A stretch of DNA of 64,000 nt from Tubiluchus corallicola (Eukaryota > Animalia > Priapulida): positions 27,097-91,096 of the forward strand of contig JAQGDQ010000202.1 in assembly GCA_030141605.1 (NCBI GenBank), written 5' to 3'. The notes beneath the pieces are model-generated. The model was not told the origin of the DNA and searched no databases. It saw only the letters and a list, made by a program, of their open reading frames with translations. Of this stretch, positions 1 through 12,000 are shown in pieces. The position numbers and the translations under genes were made by a program. The stretch's first letter is position 1. Every line of letters begins with the position of its first letter.

Positions 1-290
1 TAAGACACATGCCGTGTCTCACTTGTGGAAGAACCTGATTGTTTTTTTGTATTTGTATTGTATTGTTTTATATTTTGTATTATTTTTTGCTGTGCACAGT
101 TTTTTGCGGTTTTTTTAATATTTTTTTCTGCCCCCACCAAACCAACTACCAAACACTACTAACTATAGCTCATTTTCATTCCCTTCCCATCAATGCAGTT
201 TTTATTTTTTTTCTGCCATGCTGTGAACTGTATAACTTGTATATCTGTATTTTTTTCTGCACTGTATTCTTTAAATTATATGCTTAGTGC

Positions 291-1395
291 AGTTTTTTGC
301 TTAAACATGTAAATCTGTATTTTTTCTGCACCGTATTTTGACTGTAATGTTTCTGTAATTTGTGGTTTTCATTTATATTGTGATTGTGGTTTCATTCTAA
401 CCAGAAGTACAGTTTTTTGCTTAAACATGTAAATCTGTATTTTTTCTGCACCGTATTTTGACTGTAATGTTTCTGTAATTTGTGGTTTTCATTTATATTG
501 TGATTGTGGTTTCATTCTAACCAGAAGTAGTTTTTTGTATAAACATGTAAATCTGTATTTTTTCTGCACCGTATTTTGACTGTAATGTTTCTGTAATTTG
601 TGGTTTTCATTTATATTGTGATTGTGGTTTCATTCTAACCAGAAGTACAGTTTTTTGCTTAAACATGTAAATCTGTATTTTTTCTGCACCGTATTTTGAC
701 TGTAATGTTTCTGTAATTTGTGGTTTTCATTTATATTGTGATTGTGGTTTCATTTTAACCAGAAGTGCAGTTTTTTTGCTTAAACATGTATATCTGTATT
801 TTTTCTGCACTGTATTTTGACTGTAATGTTTCTGTAATTTGTGGTTTTCATTTATATTGTGATTGTGGTTTCATTCTAACCAGAAGTACAGTTTTTTTGC
901 TTAAACATGTAAATCTGTATTTTTTCTGCACCGTATTTTGACTGTAATGTTTCTGTAATTTGTGGTTTTCATTTATATTGTGATTGTGGTTTCATTCTAA
1001 CCAGAAGTAGTTTTTTGCTTAAACATGTAAATCTGTATTTTTTCTGCACCGTATTTTGACTGTAATGTTTCTGTAATTTGTGGTTTTCATTTATATTGTG
1101 ATTGTGGTTTCATTCTAACCAGAAGTACAGTTTTTTTGCTTAAACATGTAAATCTGTATTTTTTCTGCACTGTATTTTGACTCTGTAATGTTTCTGTAAT
1201 TTGTGGTTTTCATTTATATTGTGATTGTGGTTTCATTCTAACCAGAAGTACAGTTTTTTTGCTTAAACATGTAAATCTGTATTTTTTCTGCACTGTATTT
1301 TGACTGTATAATGTTTCTGTAATTTGTGGTTTTCATTTATATTGTGATTGTGGTTTCATTCTAACCAGAAGTACAGTTTTTTGCTTAAACATGTA
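291..1395. repeat. Tandem repeat (satellite), ~120-bp unit, ~9 copies
   Basis: Unit AGTTTTTTGCTTAAACATGTAAATCTGTATT...CATTCTAACCAGAAGTAC recurs at about 291, 411, 529, 649, 769, 890, 1009, 1129 and 1252, with a partial copy at 1374; only small indels. Confidence 0.95.
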
Positions 1396-2189
1396 GTATA
1401 AATGTAGTTTTTAAAACTGTCTATCTTGTTCTATCAGATAATAAAATAGAATAGTAAAATAAAATAACAATAAAATGGAAAATAAAATAAAATCAGTAGT
1501 ATAGTTATAAAAATGTTTAAAACCTTAAAAATAAAACCTTATAACCTTATAATGTTGTTTTCTTGTCTATGTTAGAATTGATTTTGCTGAATAAATAAAT
1601 TATACACAGTATATAAAGTGCCAAATAGCACCAGAAACTTGTGAAAAGTAGTTTATGCACGTTCAATTATGCATTCAAAAAAATTACAGACATTAACTGA
1701 ATTAAAACATTACATTCTGATTATGTTGAATGAGTTGCAAGGCACAAACTGTTAAAAATGAATTACAAGGTGAATTAGTGTGAGAATTACCACATAAACA
1801 GGTATTCAATGCATCTACTAAACGTACGAAAAGCTATACTATTGCTTATGCTCAATAAATTATCTTGGTCTGCTGACACGCCCGTGCTGTAACGAGGGGC
1901 CCCGGGTTCACACACCGCTGCGGCGAAACTTTTTCACCTCGCACAAAAGTAGCGCGATTTTTTTATCAACGTGTGTACGGGACGAAGGAAGGTCCGAGCA
2001 TGAAGTTCCACCGATTTCGGCTCGAATCCGCGCGAAAAAAGTGACCTCGGCGGGACGCGAACCCGCAACCCTTTGCGTGCGACAGAGAAGATTGGGCGGG
2101 TGCCTTGTCGCTACTTGGCGTTCAGTCTTCTCTGACACTATTGGAAAGCTAAACATGCAACAAGCTACAAGCGTACTTAGCTACAGTCA

Positions 2190-2650
2190 TATTACCATTG
2201 CAGACAAAGCTTTCTATTAGGCTGGTACACTATGCAAGAACACTGGACTAGAGAACACGGCTTTTATCTTTTTAAACAAATATATCTGGATTTCGTGGTG
2301 GCTGTTGAAGAAACTTCACTAGATGCGCTTGATCACACGGATTTCCAACAAATAGACATTCCGTATGAGATTCAATTACCTGAAAAGCGTGTGAAACGCG
2401 ACACGAAGGAGTGGGGTTTAGCTGTATCAATGAACCGGAAAGTAGAACAGAATTCGCCACAAGATGAAAGGTACAGATTCGTAGACCATTGGTCGCTGTC
2501 GTTACGGGTGCTCATTGCAGATACTGACAGACAAAGCAGCAAACAAGGATGACTGGAACAAATTTCTCGTTCAGAGGTTTTAAAATGAGTCATTGTTTCT
2601 TTTTAGCTTCTTATTGTAGGATTGTTCTCATTCTTGATCATTACAAAAAC
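2190..2650 (+). pseudogene. Possible decayed hAT-type transposase fragment
   Basis: Translated pieces (LQTK..., EIQLPEKRVKR...ERYRF) loosely resemble the C-terminal half of hAT/ZMYM-type transposases; frames are interrupted. Resemblance from memory only. Confidence 0.2.
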
Positions 2651-2912
2651 TTTTTGTAATTGTGTGTATGATTTTGACGTGCGGAAGACTTATTACAGTA
2701 CAGCTCCCACTACTCTTTCATATTAATATTGCACTTATTAAAAAGTCTTCAGCTTTCTGTCCAAAGCAGGGCACAACGAAATTAATAACAAGGTGACGGG
2801 CACGTGTACATAGCATAATATATATATATATATATATATACAGCTAGACACACACTTCAGGAGACTAGCTAGCATGTGTGTTGAAAAGTTACAGATTTGA
2901 AATTACCACCCT

Positions 2913-4701
2913 TCTTTATATATATAAGATTCGAGGCTACAGCCCGAACGAGGGCACCATTTGCGGCGATCTATATATCAAACGAAAGGTCTCGATCTAG
3001 TGTCGTCTCATTGGGGGTTCATTTTTCGAATCGGGCCCACCGGGAGGAACGGGGGGCGAAAAACCTCCAAAAATGGCCCTTTTTCGGCCGTTTTTTGCAA
3101 AAGTTATACAGCTGAGATGTAGAGAACGGGAACGGGCCGAGGGGGGTGCTGGGTGTGGATAGATAGCCCGTTCAGCGATGGGTGTCATAGGCCTATTTAG
3201 AATTCGCGAGAGGGCCACGGGGTCCCGCAACGGGCGTTTTCCCGGACCCAACTCGCGATTTTTTCGAAATTTTGACCAAACAGCCTTCGGAAAAAACGTT
3301 CTAGCGGCGCCTGGTGGGACTCTCGGAAGGAGATATATTGCTCATCAGAAAGAGCAAGAACGGGGCTACACGATGATGTGGGCTATATTTTAGGGCAGGT
3401 CCACTGAGAGGAGTACCGACGAGTTAATTAGGAGTTCTATTTTCGGCAATTTTCGCTTAGAAAACTGCTGACGCGAAGGCATTGTAGTGACGTCATCCAT
3501 TGTACTTTGTCTATAAGCTTATAGCTTTAATTCAGTAAAAGCTGCTTTGCGTTAGATAAACAAACAGTAAGCATGATGTTACGGGCTTTGTGTTATACAT
3601 GAGGACTAGGTAGGATGTTTGCGTATTATTGATTATACGTGGTTTTTTACGCAAAATCTTTTGCGAGGCCTTTGCTATTTATTATATTATAGCACATAGT
3701 TTCAACTTTGTGAAAAATGTTTGGAATGGTTTTGTTGTAATGCTGTGCTGTTGGTGCTTGTGCTATAGGTGTCGTCATTGTTGCCACCATGATCATCATC
3801 ATCATCAACATCATGATCACCACGTGAGGTGGTGGATTTGATGTGGTGTGGTGGTGGTGTGCTTTGTGTGTTGTGCTATGGATGGTGTGGTGGGGTGATA
3901 GGGTGTGCGGGGTGTGGTGTGGGTAGTGTGGTATGGAGTGGGTGGCGTGGTGTGTGGGTGTTGTGGTGCAGTGTGGTGTTATGGTGTGGTGTGATGTGGT
4001 GGAGCATTATGGTGTGGGTGGTGTGGTGTGGTGCAGTGGTATGGTGTGGTGTGATGTGGTAGAATCGTATGGTGTGGGTGGTGTGGTGTGTGTGTGGGTG
4101 GTGCGGTGTGCTGCAGTGGTATGGTGTGATGTGGTGGAGTGGTATGGTGTGGTGTTATGGTGTGGGTGGTGTGGTGTGTGGGTGGTGGAGTGGTATTGTG
4201 TGGTGCAGTCTGGTGGAGTGGTATGGTGTGGTGTGGTGTGTGGGTGGTGCAGTGTGGTGGAGTCGTATGGTGTGGTGTGCTGCAGTGGTATGGTGTGGTG
4301 TGATGTGGAGGAGTGGTGTTATGGTGTGGTGTGGTGCTGTGCGGTGTGATGTGGTGGAGTATTATGGTGTGGGTGGTGTGGTGTGTGGGTGGTGCAGTGG
4401 TATTGTGTGGTGCAGTCTGGTGGAGTGGTATGGTGTGGTGTGGTGCAGTGTGGTGTGATGTGGTGGAGTATTATGGTGTGGTGTGGTGCAGTGTGGTGTG
4501 ATGTGGTGGAGTGGTATGGTGTGGGTGGTGTGGTGTGTAGGTGGTATGGTGTGGTGCGGTGTGGTGGTATTGTGTGGTGCAGTGTGGTGCGATGAGGTGG
4601 AGTGGTATGGTGTGGTGCAGTGTGGTGTGATGAGGTGGAGTGGTGTGGTGTGGGTTGTGTGTTGATTTGTGCACAAAATTCTTTTTGTGGGGTTTGGCTA
4701 G
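2913..4701 (+). mobile_element. Non-autonomous Helitron-like element, copy 1 (extended 3' end)
   Basis: Starts TCTTTATATATATAAGATTCGAGG and is homologous to copies 2 and 3 up to ~3678. Hairpin CGCAAAATCTTTTGCG (3650-3665) is followed by CTAT, not CTAG. A second hairpin CACAAAATTCTTTTTGTG (4672-4689) is followed by CTAG (4698-4701). Confidence 0.65.
3826..4665. repeat. GTG/GTGGT-rich low-complexity tract
   Basis: Imperfect GTGGT/GTGTG repeats with recurring longer motifs (GTGTGATGTGGTGGAGT), preceded by a short CAT repeat at ~3788-3820. Confidence 0.95.
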
Positions 4702-5524
4702 TCTCTTATATTAATATTCTTGGTATCTTAATATATATATATATATAAGATTCGAGGCTACAGCCCGGACGAGGGCACCATTTGCGGCGATCTATACATC
4801 AAACGAAAGGTCTCGATATAGTGTCGTGCCATTGATGGTTTATTTTTCGAATTGGGCCCACCGGGAGGAACGGGGGGGCGAAAAACCCCCCAAAATGGCC
4901 CTTTTTCGGGCGTTTTTTGCAAAAAATTGCAAAAGTTATACGGCTGAGATGTAGAGAACGGGAACGGGCCGAGGGGGGTGCTGGGTATGGATAGATAGCC
5001 CGTTCAGCGGTGGGTGTAGTAGGCATATTTAGAATTCCCGAGAGGGCCACGGCGTCCCGCAACGGGCGTTTTCCCGGACCCAACTCGCGATTTTTTCGAA
5101 ATTTTGACCAAACAGCCTGCGGGAAAAACGTTCTAGCGGCGCCCGGTGGGACTCTCGGGAGGAGATTTATAGCTCTTTACAAAGAGGAAGGACAGGGCTA
5201 CACGATGATGTGGGTTATATTTTAGGGCAGGTCCACCGAGAGGAGTACCGACGAGTTAATTAGCTGTTCTATTTTCGGCGATTTTTGCTTAGAAAACTGT
5301 TGTGACGAATTCCATTGTGCTGACGTCATCCATTGTACTCTGCTGTAATCTTATAACTTTAATTCAGCAAAAAGCTGCCTGCTACGGGTTTGCGTTAGAT
5401 AAACAGACATACAGTAGACAGGATGTTACGGGCTTTGTGTTGTAAATGAGGACTGTGTAGGATGTTCGCGTGTTATTGATTATACGTGGTTTTTTACGCA
5501 AAATCTTTTGCGGGGCTTTGCTAG
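4702..5524 (+). mobile_element. Non-autonomous Helitron-like element, copy 2
   Basis: TC start; AT-palindromic head A|TCTTAATATATATAAGAT at 4726; 3' hairpin 5497-5512 then CTAG 5521-5524; no terminal inverted repeats or target-site duplication. Confidence 0.75.
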
Positions 5525-6359
5525 TCTCTTATATTAATATTCTTGGTATCTTAATATATATATAAGATTCGAGGCTACAGCTTCGACGAGGGCACCATTT
5601 GCGGCGATCTATATATCAAACGAAAGGTCTCGATCTAGTGTGGTGCCATTGATGGTTTATTTTTCGAATCGGGCCCACCGGGAGGAACGGGGGGGCGAAA
5701 AACTTCCCAAAATGGCCGTTTTTCGGCCGTTTTTTGCAAAAAATTGCAAAAGTTATACGGCTGAGATGTAGAGAACGGGAACGGGCCGAGGGGGGTGCTG
5801 GGTATGGATAGATAGCGCGTTCAGCGGTAGGTGTAGTAGGCATATTTAGAATTCCCGAGAGGGCCACAGCGTCCCGCAACGGGCGTTTTCCTGGACCCAA
5901 CTCGCGATTTTTTCGAAATTTTGACCAAACAGCCTGCGGGAAAAACGTTCTAGCGGCGCCCAGTGGGACTCTCGGGAGGAGATTTATAGCTCTTTACAAA
6001 GAGGAAGGACAGGGCTACACGATGATGTGGGTTATATTTTAGGGCAGGTCCACCGAGAGGAGTACCGACGAGTTAATTAGCTGTTCTATTTTCGGCGATT
6101 TTCGCTTAGAAAACTGTTGTGACGAATTCCATTGTGCTGACGTCATCCATTGTACTCTGCTGGCTTAATTCAGCAAAAAGCTGCTTTGCGTTAGTTAAGC
6201 ATACAGTAGGCACGAGTAAACGCTGCTACAGCCTACTGCGTTAGGTAAGTAGGCAGGATGTTACGGGCTTTGTGTTATAAATGAGGACTTGGTAGGACGT
6301 TTGCGTATTATTAATTACACGTGTATTTATACGCAAAATCTTTTGCGGGGATTTGCTAG
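5525..6359 (+). mobile_element. Non-autonomous Helitron-like element, copy 3
   Basis: Near-identical to copy 2; hairpin 6332-6347; CTAG 6356-6359 followed by T, the usual Helitron 3' boundary. Confidence 0.75.
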
Positions 6360-6401
6360 TATACAATTAATTTTTTGTAAGAAACATCTTGAGACAATTA
6401 T

Positions 6402-6407
6402 TTTATT
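6402..6407 (-). promoter_or_regulatory. Candidate polyadenylation signal of ZC3H13
   Basis: First AATAAA found on the minus strand downstream of the 7135 stop codon. Confidence 0.35.
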
Positions 6408-7134
6408 TAACATTTCACTTAATTTTGGCAAAGTATGGGTTGAAAGGCAATCCAACAAACAATAATTAACAGTATAGCTAAATATACTTTCAATTTTTTC
6501 ATCAGTAATACTATCCACATTCTATTGTAACTATGATAAACTTTTATAAATGACGATACAGTAGCGCAGACTAACACAACAATATTATATGTAATTATCA
6601 TAACATTTACAAGCAAGAAATAAAAAAGAATTTAGCTGGTGTACTAAAATAAATTACAAATGTACAAAATCATTCCTCCAGTATATAGTTATAGTACACA
6701 TAAACAGCTAATCACCTTGAAAAATGGATGGTTACGTGGCAATGACGCACAATTACAAATAAATAACCTTTAGTAGTTTAGTATGTCACAAACAGGAGCT
6801 GTTTACTAGTGCTGTGTTAATAGTAATTTAATAATTAGCTTTCAAACAGCAGCAACAGCTACAAACTGCCAGAAATTATGATCTAATACGCATTCTCATT
6901 TTAGTTCTAATATTGACATTTCCAGAGCTCATACCATATTTCCATAGCAGATGACATATCGCTTATTTTTCAGCAGTCAATTTGCGAGTAAACTCCTCTC
7001 ACTTCAGAAGATACATTCAATAACACAGTTCAGTTTGTCCTTACATAAGCTTGTCAACAAATTATGCTAGCTGCTTCTTTCAAGGAAAAATAAGGGTTAT
7101 CATTCACTAATTTAAAAACAAATAATAGCTGAAG

Positions 7135-7269
7135 CTAGGATGATGTTTCTACTGGTATAATTCCACTGCTAGCTTTAGCCATTGTAGTAAGGTGTTCTCT
7201 AAACAGCGCCAAATGTTGAGCGTATAATTCAGAATCCACTGTCTGTGTGGTATAGCTCTGATCTTGTAT
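7135..7269 (-). CDS. ZC3H13: ZC3H13 homologue, coding exon 16 (terminal)
   Basis: TTTTCATTTAG acceptor; phase 0 matches the exon 15 donor; encodes IQDQSYTTQTVDSELYAQHLALFRE...ETSS*, resembling the ZC3H13 C-terminal 'YT..VD.EL....LF' segment. Not in the ORF track in this frame. Confidence 0.75.
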   Translation of the reverse strand: MQDQSYTTQTVDSELYAQHLALFREHLTTMAKASSGIIPVETSS

Positions 7270-7446
7270 CTAAATGAAAATAAAATATGAATTATTGCAA
7301 GAAAATACCAATCTAATGAAATACAGCTGCCCAACTTGACACATATCATTCCTCCTAAACCAAAAAGAAGAAGAAGAATGGTACGTGCTTCAGTATGAAC
7401 ATATTGAGAATGTTTCCTTGATTGGCATTCTTATGCAATTTCTTGG

Positions 7447-8434
7447 TGTGACGATGTAGTCTAAGTTCCGTTATTGTAAATATGTGGTTCGTGACTTAAG
7501 TGTAACCCTTAGGTAAAGAATAAAACACTTAGTCGAAAACACTGAGAAGAAACAACTGAATTAATAAAATAATACAACAATTTAATTAATATCCCAAAAT
7601 ACATTACAAGACAAAAGTTAATAATAAAGATTAAGCCGGCTAAGAAGAGAAAGAACAACGTAATGTTTTTCACCAGTCCAGTCTTGGCATCATCAAGCGA
7701 CTATTCTCCTGCTCCCATTCCGCGGCATCTCCTCACCAGGGGCTTGATCGAGGACTGGTGCACCATAGAACGGTTGACTACACTAGCTCTTCATGGATCT
7801 GATTACGTGAACGACGTCTCCAAACTTTGACGACTCCTGATGTACACGCCTCCACTAATACGACGCCAAAATGGGGTAGCATCCAAGCTCCTGCACTCGT
7901 CGCAAGGTAAGGATTACCAATTTTGTAATCACAGCATCCCGCACCAACGACAGTATCATCAACGTCAGGTAAATACGAGTAAGTATCATCAGCAGCAGAT
8001 ATCATCGACAACTGGTAAGTGATGTATCATCAGCATCAGGAAAATATAATCAGCAATAGGTAAGTATCATCGCTAGAATGCAACTATCGTCTCTGTCGTA
8101 ACCAGGTAGACAGATCGCTTTTCTACAAGCAAGCACCGTTACTACTAAACCATCATTTTATGACATGTGAACGTCCGCTTAACTCGCCAACTTAAAGCGG
8201 AATACCAGGGCGAACTGAACAGCCAAAATTTCGTCTACGTGGCTTCAATCACATGATATAGTAGTAATGCATAAACAGTATCACTGAATGTACAGGTGAA
8301 ATCTGATTTCAGAACAGGTTGGCTTCTGTCATTATACCGTTAAACATCTTAACTAAAGTTCTTTTATAAATGGTGGAATTATAACAGTAGGAACTAGTTA
8401 CATAACCTGGCCTAAAATAAGCCTGAGCGTCACA
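7447..8434 (-). repeat. 3' LTR
   Basis: TGTGACG...CGTCACA termini; about 8 substitutions versus the other LTR by eye (~99% identical). Confidence 0.95.
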
Positions 8435-9029
8435 TAGCATCCTCCGTTACAAAAGCTTGATCCATCAAATTTTTACTACTAAAATGTGATATCAAGACTT
8501 TTAACACAATAGGTCAGGGCAATAAACTAGTTACACAAAAAATCATGATACATATTCATCACAATAATAGACCAAAATAACTAATGTCAATGACAAAAAA
8601 ATACAATACTCAATCATTGTCTTCCTCAACAAATCTTTGTGAATTTCTTCACTCATGAAATAATTACATATCAGGTAATACAGTATTTGTTTACTCTTAA
8701 GCTTACAACGCAAGGTTCAAATCTTGGTTTCAAAATAAATCAATAAACTAAAAATAAAACACTGTTTTGTCTTAAACAAAGGAGAAACATCTTTACTATT
8801 AACCAGCCTAACAAGATTAAAATAATACAGTACAACAACACATCATGTTTTCTATTACCACTCCTAGATGGCATTGCGAATACATTAAACTAATTTCGCA
8901 ACAAAATTTTATTATTTATAATTCATTTCTAATGAATTAGCTTCATATAATGTAAAAGAAAATGTTTCAAACTGGTCAGAGGTGATCTTTAATCACCTAA
9001 CTTGGGCTTTAGTGGTTGGAATTACCCAT

Positions 9030-12000
9030 TCATAGACGTGAAAGAGAATCTGCTACAATATTATCTTTTCCAGCAATATTCTCTACAGTAAAGTGGAATT
9101 CTTGCAAAATAAGCGCCCATGTACAAAGGCGGCGATTATTTCTCTTCATGCGTGGGAGTGCTAGCAAACTACGTTGGTCAGTTCGTACTATGAACTCATG
9201 ACCTTCTAAGTAGTAACGTAACTTAGATACAGAATACACTACTGCCAACAACTCAATTTCCACAACACTATAATTTCGTTCACACGTAGTTAACTTTCTG
9301 CTCACATGTGTAATTGGCACCTCACCTAACTCACTCTGTACTTGTGTCAGCACTCCACCAATACCACTAAATGAAGCATCAGTTGTTAGAACGAATTTCT
9401 GCGAAAAATCAGGTGAGTGAAGCACCGTGTCTAAGTTTAGTGCAGTGCGCAGTTCTAAAAAGCTGCGTTCACACTCTTCATTCCAGTCAACGTGTACAGG
9501 TGCATTTTTCTCAAGCAGTGCATACAAGGGTACCGCAATAGAACTAAACATCGGAATAAACCGTCGATAAAAACCGATTAGACCGAGGAAAGCTCGTACT
9601 TGTCTTTTGGTTTGAGGACGAGGGGTTTCATGAATCTTTTGAATCTTCTCGACCTGTGGGCGTAAGCGATTCTTTCCAACAACATATCCGAGAAATTTGG
9701 TCTCAGTTTGGGCAAAGTTGCACTTCTTTGGTTTAAGTGTAAGACCAGCCCGTCGTAGCAGGGCTAATACCAACCGAATATGTTGCAGGTGGAATTGCCA
9801 AGTGTTTGATTTAATCATGATGTCATCAATGTATCCGTGGGCATATTCATCTGCAGCTTCTAACACCCTGTCTACCAAGCTTTGACAGGTTTGTGCACTA
9901 TTGACAAGACCAAAAGGCATCACAACGAATTCGAATTTTCCGAATTCTGTAACGAAAGCAGAGTAGGCTTGGGATTCTTCGGCGAGTTTTATTTGCCAGT
10001 ATGCCTTTGAAAGGTCTAATGTGGTTATCCACAGAGCGCCATGCATGCCGTCCACGATGTCATCTACACGAGGCATGATATAGTGATTGAAAGCCGTTCG
10101 AGCATTTAAAAGCCTATAATCTATACAGAAACGAAAACCTGATGCAGCGTCCTTTTTTGGTACCAGGACAACTGGTGAAGAAAATTCAGAATTAGATCTG
10201 CGTATCACTTGTAATTTCTGCATCTCTTCTAATTCTTTTCTGATAACCTCTCTGCGAGCATGAGGAGTTCGGTATGGCCTCTGTCTAACTGGTGTAGGAT
10301 TTGTTAGAGTAATACGATGTTGAACTAATTCAGTGCGAACGGGAAGATCAGTGAACAGCTCTGAAAATTCTGCAAGTACTGCTGCCAACTGACTAATCTG
10401 TTCATCATTGAGATGAGAGTCATATGCTACATCATTGAGGGACTGCGTGGGTGAGGCAGAAGGCGGGAATGCATATTCAGGAAGTTTCAATGAACACTCA
10501 TTTTCCTCCTGCTCATCCACCTTCACATCACCATTACCAACTGTAAAGGGGCCACGATAGCGCTTTTGCATTTTGCTTTTTCCTTCAGGCATTAAAACAA
10601 GAACTTTTTGCCCTATTTCAAGCGAGCGTTCTGAAGTGGTTTTATCATACCACTTTTTCTGTGATATTTTAGCTTTTTGCAAAGCTTCATGGGCATCAGT
10701 AGTTGCCTCTTCTACAGTGTTAATTATGCGAGTCACGTAATCATCAATTTCCTCCCACTTAGGAGCTTCTACAGAGCCCCAACGTTCCTTTAGGGCAGCC
10801 AAAGGCCCACGCACGGGAAAACCGTAAACTAGCTGAAATGGAGCATACCCAGTGGATTCTAGGGGTACTTCCCGGAAAGCAAATAAAATAAACGGAATAG
10901 TTTCATCCCAGGGTAAATGTTTCTCATTTTGCATGACTTTTAAAATGCAGGATTTTAATGAGCCGTTAAATCTCTCCGTTAACCCATTCCCCTGCGGGTT
11001 ATATGGGGAAGTGAAAATTCCCTTTACACCCAAGGCCTGTTCTAAATCATGGATTAACTGTGATGTGAATTGAGTACCTCTGTCGGTTAAAATCTCACGC
11101 GGGATGCCATGTTGACATATGTATTGCAGTAAAGCTTTAACAACAGTAGTGGTTTCAATATTTGGCAGCGGGTAGCAATCGGGGTACCTCGTAGCATGAT
11201 CTATTATTACTAACGCGTACTTATTCCCCGAGGGTGTTCTCTTCATAGGCCCAATAATATCCATGGCTATAGTTCGAAATGCAATCGAAGGTATGGACAA
11301 TGGCTTTAATTTTGCTTTATCGGAAAGTTTAATTCTCGCCGTTTTCTGACATGGGACACACGAGCGGCAATATTGTATCACTGAACGTTTAACTCTAGGC
11401 CAAATACATTCTTGTAAAACACGTTGGGTAGTTTTACGGATGCCCAGGTGACCAGCCATGTGCGCATCATGTGCCAAAGATAAGACTGCCAAACGTCTAG
11501 ACTTGGGTACAACCAAAAGTTCGTAGGGTTCAGCATCGCGCTTTTCACGTGTCAGGTAATATAAAACGCCATCTTTAATGAAGTAACCCTTTCTTTGGGC
11601 TCGAGCTGCTGTTTCTGTGACTGCGTGATCACGTAAATTGCGCAAACTAACATCATCGCGCTGTTCTTGCTGCAATTGTTCTTTACTAAGCTGTGACAGC
11701 TGCTGTTGCTGTGCTTTAGTATCTACGCCAGATGCAATATTTTTTTCCGCTTTTTGATCAGCGTTTAAACTACTTAGTAATTTTTTCTCACTCTTAGCTT
11801 CTGCTTGTAGCTGCTTTGCTTTTGATCGGGTTACTGCAAAAGCTTTTTTCGAATTACCAGCTTGTTTCGCGACATTTGTATTTCCACTCAAAAGTTCATC
11901 AAAGTAATATGACGTATCTGAATTTTCAGGTGTGACACATTCTAAATCAACTGACTTAGGTGGTGTACTAAAACTCTGTTTAATGCTAAATGGTGTCACA

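Noticed and set aside
291-1395. Regular repeats as a CRISPR array
   Set aside because: Units are contiguous with no unique spacers, and the context is eukaryotic.
3829-4676. Overlapping Val/Trp/Cys- and His/Thr/Pro-rich ORFs
   Set aside because: By-products of the stop-poor GTG tract; open in many frames on both strands, with no splice or domain evidence.
2897-5900. Recurrent 71-94 aa ORFs (MGPGKRPL..., MGVIGLFR...)
   Set aside because: They recur only because the repeat unit recurs; several use non-ATG starts, and no Rep or helicase motifs are present.
7778-8022. Identical 77-aa and 60-aa ORFs in both LTRs
   Set aside because: Identity follows from LTR identity; no recognisable domain.
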